Notes: generated from the letters alone by a model not told the origin. A stretch of DNA of 64,000 nt from Patescibacteria group bacterium (GCA_016861245.1 BOKZ01000001.1:188347-252346), one strand, 5' to 3'; shown: positions 9,895 through 20,566, counted from the first letter of the stretch. Numbers and translations: made by a program.

Positions 9895-11907
9895 TTAGCG
9901 GATAATAAGCGCAATAATTAAGATGGCGACGATATTCACGATCTTAATCATTGGGTTGATGGCTGGACCAGCCGTATCTTTGTACGGATCGCCAACTGTG
10001 TCGCCGGTGACCGAAGCTTTATGCGCTTCTGAGCCCTTACCGCCGTGGTTGCCTTCTTCGATGTACTTTTTGGCATTATCCCAAGCTGCGCCGCCGTTGG
10101 TCATTGAGAGCGCGACGAATAAGCCTGTAACAATGGTGCCGATTAGTAACCCGCCAAGCGCTGCTGGGCCAAGCAACCATCCAACTAGGATCGGGGCGAC
10201 GATCGGTAGAAGTGCTGGGATAATCATTTCCTTAAGCGCGGAACCAGTTACGATCGAGACTGCTCGGGCGTAGTCTGGCTTAACTTTACCTTCAAGAATA
10301 CCGCGTCGCTCTTTAAACTGACGACGAACCTCCGAGACTACGGCACCGGCTGCTCGACCGACTGCTTCCATCGACATAGCGGCAAAGAGGTACGGCAATA
10401 GACCGCCGATAAACAGCCCAACGATCACATACGGATCCGAAAGGCTGTACGCTACTTCCAATCCCTTAATCATGATCTCCTCGGTGTAGGAGGCAAACAA
10501 CACCAAGGCCGCTAAACCAGCTGAAGCGATGGCGTAACCTTTAGTTACGGCTTTTGTCGTATTACCGACAGCGTCGAGCTCGTCGGTCACAACTCGGACT
10601 TCGCTTGGCAAACCAGACATCTCGGCGATTCCGCCAGCGTTGTCGGTAATCGGACCGAACGCGTCGATCGCGACGATCACAGCAGTCAACGAGAGCATCG
10701 AGAAAGCAGCGATCGCAACACCGTAGAGGCCCGCTAATTCGTAAGCGCCGAGCGAGCCGGCAGCGATAACAAGAACGGGGAACATCGTGGAACGCATCGA
10801 AAGCGCAAGACCGGCGATAATATTAGTAGCGTGTCCAGTCTCGGACGAACGAGCGATGTGCTTAACTGGATTGAACTTCGTTGAAGTGTAGTACTCAGTA
10901 ATAACCATCATTAGCGCTGTGACAGCGATACCGATCACCGCTGTAGCGAACAATTTTAGCGTGTTTAAATCGGTCTGACCTTCGATTAACCACTTAGTAA
11001 TCGGGTAGAAACCGAGGATCGCCAATACGGCTGAGACCGCCAGACCGCGATACATCGCGCCCATAATTGTTGAACCTTCTTTATTACCAACGCGAACAAA
11101 CAGCATACCGATAATCGAGGCTAAGACCGAAGCCGCACCGAGCGCTAGCGGGAATAAGACGATATTAGCAACGTTCGGGAATAAAATAGAACCAAGCAGC
11201 ATCGCTGAAACAGCGGTAACAACGTATGTTTCAAATAGATCTGCAGCCATACCGGCACAGTCACCGACGTTATCACCGACGTTATCGGCGATAACGGCCG
11301 GGTTACGTGGGTCGTCTTCTGGAATACCGGCTTCAACTTTACCGACTAAATCGGCACCGACGTCAGCTGCCTTGGTATAGATACCGCCGCCGAGTCGAGC
11401 AAAAATCGAGATTAACGAGCCACCGAACGCTAAACCGACTAGCGCTGGGATATCTTTAGTAACCCAATAGAACACTGTGGTACCGAGCAGTCCGAGACCA
11501 GCAACCAATAGGCCAGTAACGGCGCCGCCGCGAAACGAGATATCCATCGCCGGGTGCAGCCCTTTTTTAGCAGCTTCAGCAGTTCGGACGTTGGCACGAA
11601 CAGAAATATTCATACCGATATAACCGGCAAAGGCCGAGAGTATCGCACCGATGAGAAAACCTGCCGCTAAAATCCAGTTAAGAAAGAGTCCGAGAGTAAT
11701 AAAAACAAAAAGCGCAACGATACCGATAGTTTTATACTGACGGTTAAGATATGCCTGTGCTCCCTGTTGAATTGCTTTGGCGATCTGAACCATTTTATCT
11801 GAGCCCTTCGGCTGCTTAGCGATCCATTTAGCTAACGCAAAACCGTATAAAACGGCAAGCAACCCAGAACCGGTCGCACTGTATAAGACGTACTGTTCGA
11901 TAGTCAT
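9895..11907 (-). CDS. hppA: Membrane-bound ion-pumping pyrophosphatase, K+-independent H+ type
   Basis: [56 protein letters not shown]. Confidence 0.95.
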   Translation of the reverse strand: MTIEQYVLYSATGSGLLAVLYGFALAKWIAKQPKGSDKMVQIAKAIQQGAQAYLNRQYKTIGIVALFVFITLGLFLNWILAAGFLIGAILSAFAGYIGMNISVRANVRTAEAAKKGLHPAMDISFRGGAVTGLLVAGLGLLGTTVFYWVTKDIPALVGLAFGGSLISIFARLGGGIYTKAADVGADLVGKVEAGIPEDDPRNPAVIADNVGDNVGDCAGMAADLFETYVVTAVSAMLLGSILFPNVANIVLFPLALGAASVLASIIGMLFVRVGNKEGSTIMGAMYRGLAVSAVLAILGFYPITKWLIEGQTDLNTLKLFATAVIGIAVTALMMVITEYYTSTKFNPVKHIARSSETGHATNIIAGLALSMRSTMFPVLVIAAGSLGAYELAGLYGVAIAAFSMLSLTAVIVAIDAFGPITDNAGGIAEMSGLPSEVRVVTDELDAVGNTTKAVTKGYAIASAGLAALVLFASYTEEIMIKGLEVAYSLSDPYVIVGLFIGGLLPYLFAAMSMEAVGRAAGAVVSEVRRQFKERRGILEGKVKPDYARAVSIVTGSALKEMIIPALLPIVAPILVGWLLGPAALGGLLIGTIVTGLFVALSMTNGGAAWDNAKKYIEEGNHGGKGSEAHKASVTGDTVGDPYKDTAGPAINPMIKIVNIVAILIIALIIR

Positions 11908-11948
11908 TCGTTTACACTCCTCTTCTCGTTTTTATCTGTGTTAGGCGT

Positions 11949-11977
11949 ATTGTAACTGGTTTGGCTTCGAGAGACAA
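11949..11977 (-). promoter_or_regulatory. hppA sigma70 promoter
   Basis: TTGTCT-17-TACAAT; SD GAGGAG before the ATG. Confidence 0.6.
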
Positions 11978-11983
11978 GATGCG

Positions 11984-13111
11984 TCAGTCCTGATGCAAGA
12001 CTTGCCTGTACACATCCTGCGTCATTTTTGCCATCTTTGCCCAAGAGAATTGTTTGAGCCGTTCTAATCCGCGACGCCTCAGCTCTTCGGCAAGTTTCGG
12101 CTGTAACAGTATTCGCTCGATCGCGTTAGCGATCTCCTGTGGTTTATGCGGGTTAATTAGTAAGCCGGCGGTGTCTACTACTTCCGGTAAGCTCGAGATG
12201 TTACTGGTAACGACCGGTACCCCTGAAGCAAACGCTTCGAGAATCATAATACCGAATCCCTCGTACCAACTCGGGTGAACGTACACAGAAGCGGCGCTGT
12301 ACATCGCAGCCAAATCTTCGTCGCTGATAAATCCGGGAGTAATAATATTAAGCCCAGCCGCTTGCTTGTCGTACACAAGCTGCGCCACCTCGGGGCTCTG
12401 ATGCGCCGGCTTACCGCAAATTACTAACGCCAGATTAGGGAACTTCGGTAACAGCGACTCGTAAGCCTCAATTAACGAGACAAGACCTTTATACTTCTCC
12501 CAACGACTCACGAATAACGCGTATCGATCAGGTAGATTATATTTTTGTTTAATCGCCTCGATCTCTTTCTGGGAGTGCAGTCTAAATTTCTTCTCACTAC
12601 CTTCTGGAGTGACAACAATATTTTCCGGCGAAAATTGGAGCATAGAAATAAGGTCTTGTTTGGTCGATTCGCTCGGAACGATAACCTTTTTAGCTCGTTT
12701 TGTATCGTTCATCACCAGTTTGTAGGCAGCCTTACGAATCGTCGAGCGCGTCTGAGCACCAGTTGGGAAGAGGTGCATAATCAGATCATGAATAGTAACG
12801 ACAAACGGTTTCCGGTAGAGAATCGGGTGGTTAAAGTGAGTGAAGTGTACTAAGTCAAAACGTTGCTCGTTAAGAATCTTTGGTAGCGCTTTTTGTTCGG
12901 CAACTGAGTAATGGGGGATATCAACCACCAGCGAACGGCAATTCGGCGCATCAAGCGTAAACTCTTTTTCATCGGCCGGCGTAATAATAACTGTGTACTC
13001 GTTTTCTTGATCGATCTTTAACAGCTCTGTTACCAAATTGCGTGCGTACCGACCGAGCCCGCCAGTTTCAGAGCGCCAAATTCGCGCGTCGATTCCGATT
13101 CTTTTACTCAT
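11984..13111 (-). CDS. Glycosyltransferase family 4 (GT-B)
   Basis: IGIDAR, VVTIHDL, PSWYEGFGIMILEAFASGVPVV (EX7E). Confidence 0.93.
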   Translation of the reverse strand: MSKRIGIDARIWRSETGGLGRYARNLVTELLKIDQENEYTVIITPADEKEFTLDAPNCRSLVVDIPHYSVAEQKALPKILNEQRFDLVHFTHFNHPILYRKPFVVTIHDLIMHLFPTGAQTRSTIRKAAYKLVMNDTKRAKKVIVPSESTKQDLISMLQFSPENIVVTPEGSEKKFRLHSQKEIEAIKQKYNLPDRYALFVSRWEKYKGLVSLIEAYESLLPKFPNLALVICGKPAHQSPEVAQLVYDKQAAGLNIITPGFISDEDLAAMYSAASVYVHPSWYEGFGIMILEAFASGVPVVTSNISSLPEVVDTAGLLINPHKPQEIANAIERILLQPKLAEELRRRGLERLKQFSWAKMAKMTQDVYRQVLHQD

Positions 13112-14304
13112 TAGGTCGAATCATAGCGTCTGCCGCTGCTTTCGCAAATCTGCCACAGAGCTAACGCTAAAAAGAAGATAATCGAGAGATCGTTTTTAAA
13201 ATAGGTACTATCAAATAACCCATGGACCGCTATCGCTGCGACTGCCGCCAAAATCCCAACTCGTATTCGTGAGATATGCGACTCGACAATACCGGTAAAT
13301 AAAACGTGGAGCAGTAATAATACTAATCCGAGTAAGCCCAAAACGCCGGCGGAGAGCCACATCGACAAGTAAAGGTTGTGCGGGTGCAGGGCGTAGGCGC
13401 GAACGTCGCTTTGGTAATAGCTATCTGCGGCCAACTTTTTGTCTAGCTCGGTTTGAAATTGTCCCGGGCCGATCCCAGTTAGTGGTTCGTCAATCACTAC
13501 TTTTGTTGCTTCGCGCCAGATAAAAAGCCGTGCCTGATCACTAGTATTCTGTCGTGGTGCTGAGAGCGAAACAACCGCAACTGCCGCCAACAGGACTGCA
13601 GCCGTTACTAGCACTGCCTTAACACTACGACGCCATAATAAGCTGACTAAGCCAACTGTTAGTAGCGCAACCAAACCCGCTCGAGAGCCCGACAGGTAAA
13701 TCGCTGTTACAGCCGGCGCCGCCAATAAGACCACGACGATGATACTGCGAGTTCGGCTCCAAATATACGCAACACCTATGGCTAAAAGTGGAACAAGATA
13801 CATCGATACGTAGTTTGGCGATTCGAAGAAACCGAGCGCCCTACCCTGCTCGACGTACTGGTTTAAATCGCCCCCACTATTTTGGTGCGCGATCAGCGGC
13901 AGGTAGCCTGCCCACTGTAAAATAGTGTAAAGCGAGACTAGAAATACCGAAAAGATTATCGCCTGGAATAACCAGTGAGCAGACTTTTGGTCGAAAAGTT
14001 TCCAAGCACTCCAGCAAAACATCGCCGGGACGACAAACCAGCCTTTCAAAATTCCTAAGGCTGTGCGCGTATCGTCGGCGACCAGCGTGCCGATCGCGGC
14101 GCCGGATAATAACAACAAAGTGCCGATCACTAGTTGCGTTTTTAACGGCTTTGGCTGCTGCTCGCTAAACAGCGCGGCGACAAATCCTAGCACTATCAAG
14201 AGCTCAACGACATTAGTCGGCAACTCAAGAATCGAAAAACGGACGTAGTACAACGGTAATAGCGCGATCGCAACAACTAGTAGTAATCTTCCAAGCTTAG
14301 TCAT
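13111..14304 (-). CDS. O-antigen ligase-like (Wzy_C) membrane protein
   Basis: RALGFFESPN, SGSRAG, RLFIW, GIGPGQF, HPHNLYL. Confidence 0.88.
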   Translation of the reverse strand: MTKLGRLLLVVAIALLPLYYVRFSILELPTNVVELLIVLGFVAALFSEQQPKPLKTQLVIGTLLLLSGAAIGTLVADDTRTALGILKGWFVVPAMFCWSAWKLFDQKSAHWLFQAIIFSVFLVSLYTILQWAGYLPLIAHQNSGGDLNQYVEQGRALGFFESPNYVSMYLVPLLAIGVAYIWSRTRSIIVVVLLAAPAVTAIYLSGSRAGLVALLTVGLVSLLWRRSVKAVLVTAAVLLAAVAVVSLSAPRQNTSDQARLFIWREATKVVIDEPLTGIGPGQFQTELDKKLAADSYYQSDVRAYALHPHNLYLSMWLSAGVLGLLGLVLLLLHVLFTGIVESHISRIRVGILAAVAAIAVHGLFDSTYFKNDLSIIFFLALALWQICESSGRRYDST

Positions 14305-15492
14305 TTATTCCAGCATACGCTTTCGTTCTTGAGCGTTCACAGCCGAGGCTAAGAGCGCGAATAGGGTGATGGCGGTCGTTGGGTTATCGGCTAGCGGATG
14401 TAGAAAAAGCGAATTAACGGCAATCGCCACAAATACACTAAGAAGCGCGGTCGAGCCGCTTTGCGACAAGAGTCGAAGCGCCCCAACGATCGCAGCCAAT
14501 AAAGCAAACAGTCCAATTAAACCGATCTCGTGTAATACTTGAAAAAACCAGTTCTCAGGCACGAAGACTTGCTCGGTAACGAACGTCGACGGTCCAGCGG
14601 TCGTGACGCCGTGACCGAATAGTTTTACCGGCACACTGGCGCTAGCAAACTCGTTTATACTTCTTTGAAAAGCGCTAACGCGTTGATCGGTGTGACGACT
14701 ACTAACGAACGTTTGCTGCAGATCATCGGAGTAGCGAAACACTAACGGCAAGACTAACACTAAGCCGACAACCAGCGCCGCGCCAACCATTTTCCATCGA
14801 ATAAGGCTTCGACTCTGGTAAATAAGTACTACAAAACCAGCCAATAGACCGAGTAGGGCGCTTCTCGAAAACGTTCCGATCACCACCAGAGTGGCTGCCG
14901 CTAACCACCAACTGCCGATCTGGCGCTTGGCGTACAGCCAGAGACCCAAGCAGGCAACATACGTTCCTAGCTGGTTTGGCCCGATAAACGAGCCGTACAG
15001 CCGCGGCAAATCGCCGGCTAAATCTCGTTTCGCCAGTACCCAAAAATTGCTTTCAGCCCCAGCAAGCCAGAATACGCCTTGTGCTAGAGCGATAATCACG
15101 ACCAAATAAAATACTGTTTTTAATAGTTTCTTATTCACTTGCCACTGTGCGATCGAGCGAGCGATAAAATAAAAGACAATAAAACCAACGCCGTAACGCA
15201 AACCAATAACGTCGGTCCACCCTGTTGCCGGCGACCAGTACGAGCTGATTGCCGAGAGCGCTAACACCCCGAGCAGGAGCCAGTCAAACCAAAATAACTT
15301 ACGCTTGAGAAACAGTACTACTATGGCCAGTAGCGCTACTATTATTAGCAACTCGTACCAGTTCGTGAGTAAAAACACCGAGCGAGCCGAGGTCTCAAGC
15401 AACTCAAATGGTCGGATCCACAGGTACTGAAACGGTAAAATGAATAACGCTGCGCTAAGGATTAACCCGATAAAGCTGTAGTACCGATTCAT
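14305..15492 (-). CDS. Second Wzy_C/O-antigen ligase or polymerase-like membrane protein
   Basis: RLYGSFIGPNQLG, TFSRSA, FGHG, PENWFFQVLHEIGLIG. Confidence 0.8.
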   Translation of the reverse strand: MNRYYSFIGLILSAALFILPFQYLWIRPFELLETSARSVFLLTNWYELLIIVALLAIVVLFLKRKLFWFDWLLLGVLALSAISSYWSPATGWTDVIGLRYGVGFIVFYFIARSIAQWQVNKKLLKTVFYLVVIIALAQGVFWLAGAESNFWVLAKRDLAGDLPRLYGSFIGPNQLGTYVACLGLWLYAKRQIGSWWLAAATLVVIGTFSRSALLGLLAGFVVLIYQSRSLIRWKMVGAALVVGLVLVLPLVFRYSDDLQQTFVSSRHTDQRVSAFQRSINEFASASVPVKLFGHGVTTAGPSTFVTEQVFVPENWFFQVLHEIGLIGLFALLAAIVGALRLLSQSGSTALLSVFVAIAVNSLFLHPLADNPTTAITLFALLASAVNAQERKRMLE

Positions 15493-16976
15493 TTAACACT
15501 AAAGATCTGGAAAACTCGCTGGAACGAACCTTTGAATGTTACTAGCAGTGCTAGGAAGAACACTCCGGCCACGGCTGTGAACGCGCCCAAGAGCCAACCG
15601 GCTTGCATCAGCTTGCCAGCGTCGGCGAACGTCTGCGGTTCGATTAACCCAAGCGGCAAGAAGTAAAGAATAATCCAGGTGGCCAGCGCCGCTAGTACCA
15701 CACGGCCGAGTACCGGCCAGTGGATAAAATCTTGGAAGTGTCGGCGACTGGCGCGAAGCGTATAAGCGAGTAGCACGACTTCCGTGATCACTGTTACGGT
15801 CGCCGCGCCGATGTACGAATATCTCGGAATGGCGTACAGGTTTAGGAGCACGTTCACGACAACCGCTAGTAAGTATCCGCGTACTAACACCCCTTGATCG
15901 CGACTTGCGATGATCGCTTGACTCAGAAGTGTTGTAATAAAGACAAAAACGATCGAGAGCATTAGTATTCGTAGCGGTGCGACCGAGAGTAAGAAGTCCG
16001 GCTGCGTTATGAAAACGATCGCCAGCGGCGCGAACGCCACTAGTGCAACAACGAGAAAGGCCGCAATAACAAACAGTATCGAACTAGATCGCTTTAAGAT
16101 CTGGCTAGCATCCTCACGTCGCCCCTCTAACATCACCGCGCTTAGTACTGGCAATAAGTTAGTAGCAAAAATCGACGGGATAACTAACACAACCTCAAGT
16201 AGTTTATAGGCGACGCCGTAGATACCGACGTCGGACTCGCTTTTGAAAAAAGTGAGCAGTAGCATATCGGTCTTGAAATGAACGAGTGCAAGCAAATTAA
16301 TTATCGCGATCGTGCCAAACTGCGGCAGTAGCCGACGCCAGAGCGAGAAGTCTAGTCGGAGCTTAATAGTTACTAAGCGCCGAACCAACAGGAAACTGAC
16401 ACCGAAAATTAAAATCTGGCCGAGCAGGTTTACGATTACCACCGACATCAGCCCGTAGCCCATTTTTAGCACCACGATCGTACCGATAGCGGTAAAAAGT
16501 TTGCCGATAGTTTCCGAGATAACAATTCGGTCTGCCAGTAGATTCGCCTGGAAAACGGTGGCGATAATCTGCGAGCAAAGCATCGAGAACGCGATAAAAA
16601 CGCCGATAATAATGCCTTGTTTGACGATCGCCAAGTACGGCAAGAACTGGTAGAGGATAAGAAAGAGAATTAAGGTAACCGCAAACAAAAGCAACCGAAA
16701 CGCTAAGGCGTTTCCGGCCAACTCGCCGGCCTCACGATGAGTTTTGCCGCTGATTTCTCTAACCAATAATGTGAACAAACCGAAATCCGCGGCCGAACCG
16801 ATAATCGAAACGTAGGTAAAGATAATCGTGTACTGTCCGTACCCGCGTAGCGCCGATCCTTCGACCAATAAGTGGTTAGCGATAAAGTTAACCGTTACCA
16901 GCGTGATCGCCAGACCAAGTAAGCGCCCAGCGATTTGAACGACGGTATTGTACGCGACTTTTGTGGCCAAACTCAT
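15489..16976 (-). CDS. Polysaccharide flippase (Wzx/MOP superfamily)
   Basis: Many TM segments; YGQY, ADFGL, VGIYGVAYK, AIPRYSYIGAA. Confidence 0.9.
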   Translation of the reverse strand: MSLATKVAYNTVVQIAGRLLGLAITLVTVNFIANHLLVEGSALRGYGQYTIIFTYVSIIGSAADFGLFTLLVREISGKTHREAGELAGNALAFRLLLFAVTLILFLILYQFLPYLAIVKQGIIIGVFIAFSMLCSQIIATVFQANLLADRIVISETIGKLFTAIGTIVVLKMGYGLMSVVIVNLLGQILIFGVSFLLVRRLVTIKLRLDFSLWRRLLPQFGTIAIINLLALVHFKTDMLLLTFFKSESDVGIYGVAYKLLEVVLVIPSIFATNLLPVLSAVMLEGRREDASQILKRSSSILFVIAAFLVVALVAFAPLAIVFITQPDFLLSVAPLRILMLSIVFVFITTLLSQAIIASRDQGVLVRGYLLAVVVNVLLNLYAIPRYSYIGAATVTVITEVVLLAYTLRASRRHFQDFIHWPVLGRVVLAALATWIILYFLPLGLIEPQTFADAGKLMQAGWLLGAFTAVAGVFFLALLVTFKGSFQRVFQIFSVK

Positions 16977-17061
16977 AATCTAGGCTAATTCTACCTATTT
17001 TGTCTGATATGCCAAAGAAACCTTGATTAAGCTGCTATACTGTAATCAAGTAGGGGGATAA

Positions 17062-18276
17062 CTGTCAGATACGATAAGGCTCCAAACAGAGAATAATAAC
17101 GGCTTTCGAAAGCTATTTTTCGTCGTTGTTGCAGCGATGATGGTAACAGGACTCGGGCCGATTCCGAGCGCCAGGGCGATCGATACCAGTCTAACCAGCT
17201 ATCTCAACAATCAATATTACAACCAGCTAGCCCCTGACGGCGATTTTATTAACGTCAACGCGATGTCGGTTGCCGACATCCAAGGTTTCTTAGCTGGAAA
17301 AGGTAGCTACTTAGCAGTCGCGCCTTCGAGCCAGCTCGGTGACGGCGCCGCTGGCCGCTCAGCAGCCCAGATTATCTACGACGCTGCAAAGGGGTTGTAC
17401 GACGCTGCTGTTGGTTGCTCCGGTAGTATCTGTATCAACAGCACCACCGGCACTGTAAGTCCGAAAGCTATTCTTATTACCTTACAAAAAGAGCAGTCGC
17501 TCGTAACCAACGGCGCGCCGAGTCAGCGCGATCTCGACTGCGCGATGGGCTACGAGGGCGGCAACGGTTGTACTTGGATGTTTGAGAACCGACCGCAGTG
17601 GAAAGGCTTCTCAAATCAGGTCGGTTGGGCGGCGTGGAACCTTCGCTTGCACTACGAACGATCGGTTCGTCAGATCGAGCCGTACTACATGGGTAAGGTT
17701 GTAACGGTCACCGACTACGACGGCGCTCGTTCGGTTTATCTTTCTAATCACACGACCGCAGCGTTAATGCGTTACACCCCACACACGTACTACGGTAACT
17801 GGAATTTCTGGAAACTAGGCGTTGAGTGGTTCGGATTCGGCACCGGCGGGAGTTTTGGTGGTGGCGTTAACGATCTGTCCTCAGCTAGCGGACGAATGTA
17901 CGCATCGGGCAAGTACACCGTAAAAAGCTACAAGCAGACCGACGCTCGAGTGTATTTTGGTGATACGATTGTCGCCGAGTTAGGCTCCGGCTCTTGGGAA
18001 TATCAATTCGACCCGGGGATCGGGACTAACACTTACAATTTTACGTACAAACTCGCCGATGGCAGTACGCTCGGGGTTAAATCGATCACGATCGAAAAAC
18101 GCAAGAACGGCGACATCAACGGCGACGGCGGCGTTAACATCTTGGACTTGTCGCTGATCGGTGGGGCGTGGGGATATAAAACCAAAGACGACGACTGGAT
18201 GAATCTTAACCCCGAGGTTGATAACGAAGTAAATCTCTTGGATATCTCCATTTTCGCCAATTCCTGGGAAGGATAA
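17062..18276 (+). CDS. Secreted putative lysozyme-like hydrolase with Ig-like linker and C-terminal dockerin
   Basis: Frame open from CTG 17062, giving a full signal peptide; VSPKAILITLQKEQSLV domain; C-terminal GDINGDGGVNILDLS...NLNPEVDNEVNLLDIS duplicated Ca-binding loops. Confidence 0.75.
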   Translation: MSDTIRLQTENNNGFRKLFFVVVAAMMVTGLGPIPSARAIDTSLTSYLNNQYYNQLAPDGDFINVNAMSVADIQGFLAGKGSYLAVAPSSQLGDGAAGRSAAQIIYDAAKGLYDAAVGCSGSICINSTTGTVSPKAILITLQKEQSLVTNGAPSQRDLDCAMGYEGGNGCTWMFENRPQWKGFSNQVGWAAWNLRLHYERSVRQIEPYYMGKVVTVTDYDGARSVYLSNHTTAALMRYTPHTYYGNWNFWKLGVEWFGFGTGGSFGGGVNDLSSASGRMYASGKYTVKSYKQTDARVYFGDTIVAELGSGSWEYQFDPGIGTNTYNFTYKLADGSTLGVKSITIEKRKNGDINGDGGVNILDLSLIGGAWGYKTKDDDWMNLNPEVDNEVNLLDISIFANSWEG

Positions 18277-18293
18277 TGAGGTAAGATAGAAGT

Positions 18294-19550
18294 ATGCTAC
18301 GTCGTTTTTTCCTTTCGCTTTCTATCGTTGTTGGAGTAATTCTTAACCTATTACCGCAAACAGCGCTCGCGGCCGGTAGTATCACGCCGAGCGGCGGCAC
18401 CAGTGTTCAGAACGGGCAGACGTTTACAATTACCGTGCGAGCGAGCGGCGCCACCTTCGATAGTTTGCAAGGCACAATCTCAGTGTCCGGGCCGGTCTCG
18501 ATCGTCTCGTTCTCAGCCGGCGGCGCCACCTGGCTACCAGGTAAGGCTCCAGCCAACAACACGCAGTTTGTTGGGATTGTCTCGCCAACTAGCAACCTAA
18601 CGGTGGCGACGATTAGACTTAAGGGAACCAAAGAAGGCTCGGGCTCGGTTTCTGTTAGCGGCGTCCGGTTAGCTAGATCTGGTGCGGAAGTCGGTAACTC
18701 GGGCGGCAGCACCAAATTTACAATTACACGGGCGCTGGTTGTACCGGGCGCGATCACCGTCAGCTCAGCAACCCACCCAGATCAAGCAATCGCTTACGAG
18801 GCAACTACGATTGATTTGAGTTGGGATAAACCTGCCGGCGTAACTGGTTTCTCTTACCTCTACGATGATATCGCCGATACGACACCGCCAACAACTGTAA
18901 CCTCAGCTGATACAACGAAGCGCTACGAGGGGGCCGCGATCGGTACACATTACTTTCACATTCGAGCACTAAACGCCGACGGCTGGGGACCGACGACCCA
19001 CTTTAAAATAACTATTAAGGAGCCGGACCCGAAAGTCGATGAGACGCTCGCTAAAACCACTCTTAGCTCAGTTCGCTTGGCAGATGTATACACAAATGAT
19101 GTCGAGAACGGCACTGTTGCTGGTGTGGTATTCGAAGGCACGACGGTTGCAGGATTTGCCGCCAACGTCACACTACTACCAATGCCACCGCTGCCAGCTG
19201 AGACGAAGCTAACGAGCGAAATCAGCACGGACGGTGCCTGGCGATTACAGGTTGACGCACCGATTCCAGCTGGGTTTTATACCGTTACCGCTCAGGGACA
19301 GAAAGAAAAAGTATTAACACCAGTGAGCGACAAGATGCGCATTCAAATTAGTGTTGCGGAAGGCGGCGCGATTCGTCTTATTACCAATGCCGATAAAGAA
19401 AAGCCGCCGAAAAATGACACCATCAAAGTTCTCGGCCTAACAGTTAAAAAGAAGACTCTACTTTGGACTGGTCTGGCGCTCGGAAATGTACTACTACTTG
19501 CTGGTGTCGCCTTCGGGACCTACTACTATCTGCGACGTAGGCTTCGCTAA
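18294..19550 (+). CDS. Membrane-anchored cohesin-like / FN3 / Ig-like surface protein
   Basis: Signal peptide ending ALA; V-x-x-GQTFTITV...VATIRLKGTKEGSGSVSV cohesin-like beta sandwich; LSWDKP...GTHYFHIRA FN3; C-terminal TM plus RRRLR. Confidence 0.7.
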   Translation: MLRRFFLSLSIVVGVILNLLPQTALAAGSITPSGGTSVQNGQTFTITVRASGATFDSLQGTISVSGPVSIVSFSAGGATWLPGKAPANNTQFVGIVSPTSNLTVATIRLKGTKEGSGSVSVSGVRLARSGAEVGNSGGSTKFTITRALVVPGAITVSSATHPDQAIAYEATTIDLSWDKPAGVTGFSYLYDDIADTTPPTTVTSADTTKRYEGAAIGTHYFHIRALNADGWGPTTHFKITIKEPDPKVDETLAKTTLSSVRLADVYTNDVENGTVAGVVFEGTTVAGFAANVTLLPMPPLPAETKLTSEISTDGAWRLQVDAPIPAGFYTVTAQGQKEKVLTPVSDKMRIQISVAEGGAIRLITNADKEKPPKNDTIKVLGLTVKKKTLLWTGLALGNVLLLAGVAFGTYYYLRRRLR

Positions 19551-20566
19551 GCAACTTCTTTAGCGTACACGTTCTCGATAAACTTGATCGAGTTGATCGC
19601 GTCTTCCAGCTTTATTCCGTTTCCAGCACCTATCTCCTGATAAAGCGTTGGGTGGTTTGGGCACGAACCGGCGTGAGTTCCGTAAGAGTTCGGCTCGAGT
19701 GACTCGCCGTGGTTTGCAACGAGCTTCTCCCATTTTCTCGTAACTAGATCATTAGAGAACATTACCCTCTCAACTTGGTCAAGCGCTCGGCCACCTATCT
19801 TAATAAAACCCTCTGAGCCTAGCACGGCGATCGAGCACTCTAGGTTTGATGGCTCAGAAGCGATCGTTACTTCCAACGACCCCGACGCACCGTTTGGAAA
19901 TTGTAAAATCCCAAAAACGGTATCTTCAAATGTAACGTGCTTATGTTTGTTGTTAAAACTTGCCGAAGCTTTGACTGTTGGGACGCCGAATAGTAGCTGT
20001 ACGATGTCAAGATAATGAATACCCACTTCATAAAGAGTTCTACCACCAACATTAATATCGGCTCTCCATGACTCGAAGTAGCTCAACGGCCGCTGCCAGC
20101 GCTGGATCAGACTAACCGAACGAATATCACCAAATAACTTTTGGTCTAGTGCTTCCCTAACCATACTGACAGTTGGATTGTAGCGGACCTGTAGCACAGC
20201 ATACGCGTTACGTTGTAGCTTTTTAGCAACATTAGCTATCTCTTGTACTCGGGATTCTATAAAGTCGATCGGTTTTTCCACTAAGATATCGTAGCCAGCC
20301 TGAAGCGAGTCGATTGCCTGTTGATAGTGAAGGCTGTTTGGAGTCGCAATCGTAACCATAGTCATCTTCCCCTTCATCTTTTGCAACATTTCTTTGTAGT
20401 CGGTAAAGCCGGGAACTTGGTACTCTTTCGACCTATGCTCAGTCTTTTTTGGATCAATGTCGCATAGTGCCACTAGTTCAAAATGGTCGCTATTGGCATG
20501 AATGGCCTCAAGGTGACGATCAAATATCATTCCGCAACCGATAATGCCAACTTTGTATTTAGCCAT
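19547..20566 (-). CDS. Gfo/Idh/MocA oxidoreductase (WbpB/WlbA-like sugar-nucleotide 3-dehydrogenase)
   Basis: GIIGCG, ATPNSLH, LVEKP, QVRYNP, GIHYLD; follows a DegT aminotransferase. Confidence 0.85.
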   Translation of the reverse strand: MAKYKVGIIGCGMIFDRHLEAIHANSDHFELVALCDIDPKKTEHRSKEYQVPGFTDYKEMLQKMKGKMTMVTIATPNSLHYQQAIDSLQAGYDILVEKPIDFIESRVQEIANVAKKLQRNAYAVLQVRYNPTVSMVREALDQKLFGDIRSVSLIQRWQRPLSYFESWRADINVGGRTLYEVGIHYLDIVQLLFGVPTVKASASFNNKHKHVTFEDTVFGILQFPNGASGSLEVTIASEPSNLECSIAVLGSEGFIKIGGRALDQVERVMFSNDLVTRKWEKLVANHGESLEPNSYGTHAGSCPNHPTLYQEIGAGNGIKLEDAINSIKFIENVYAKEVA

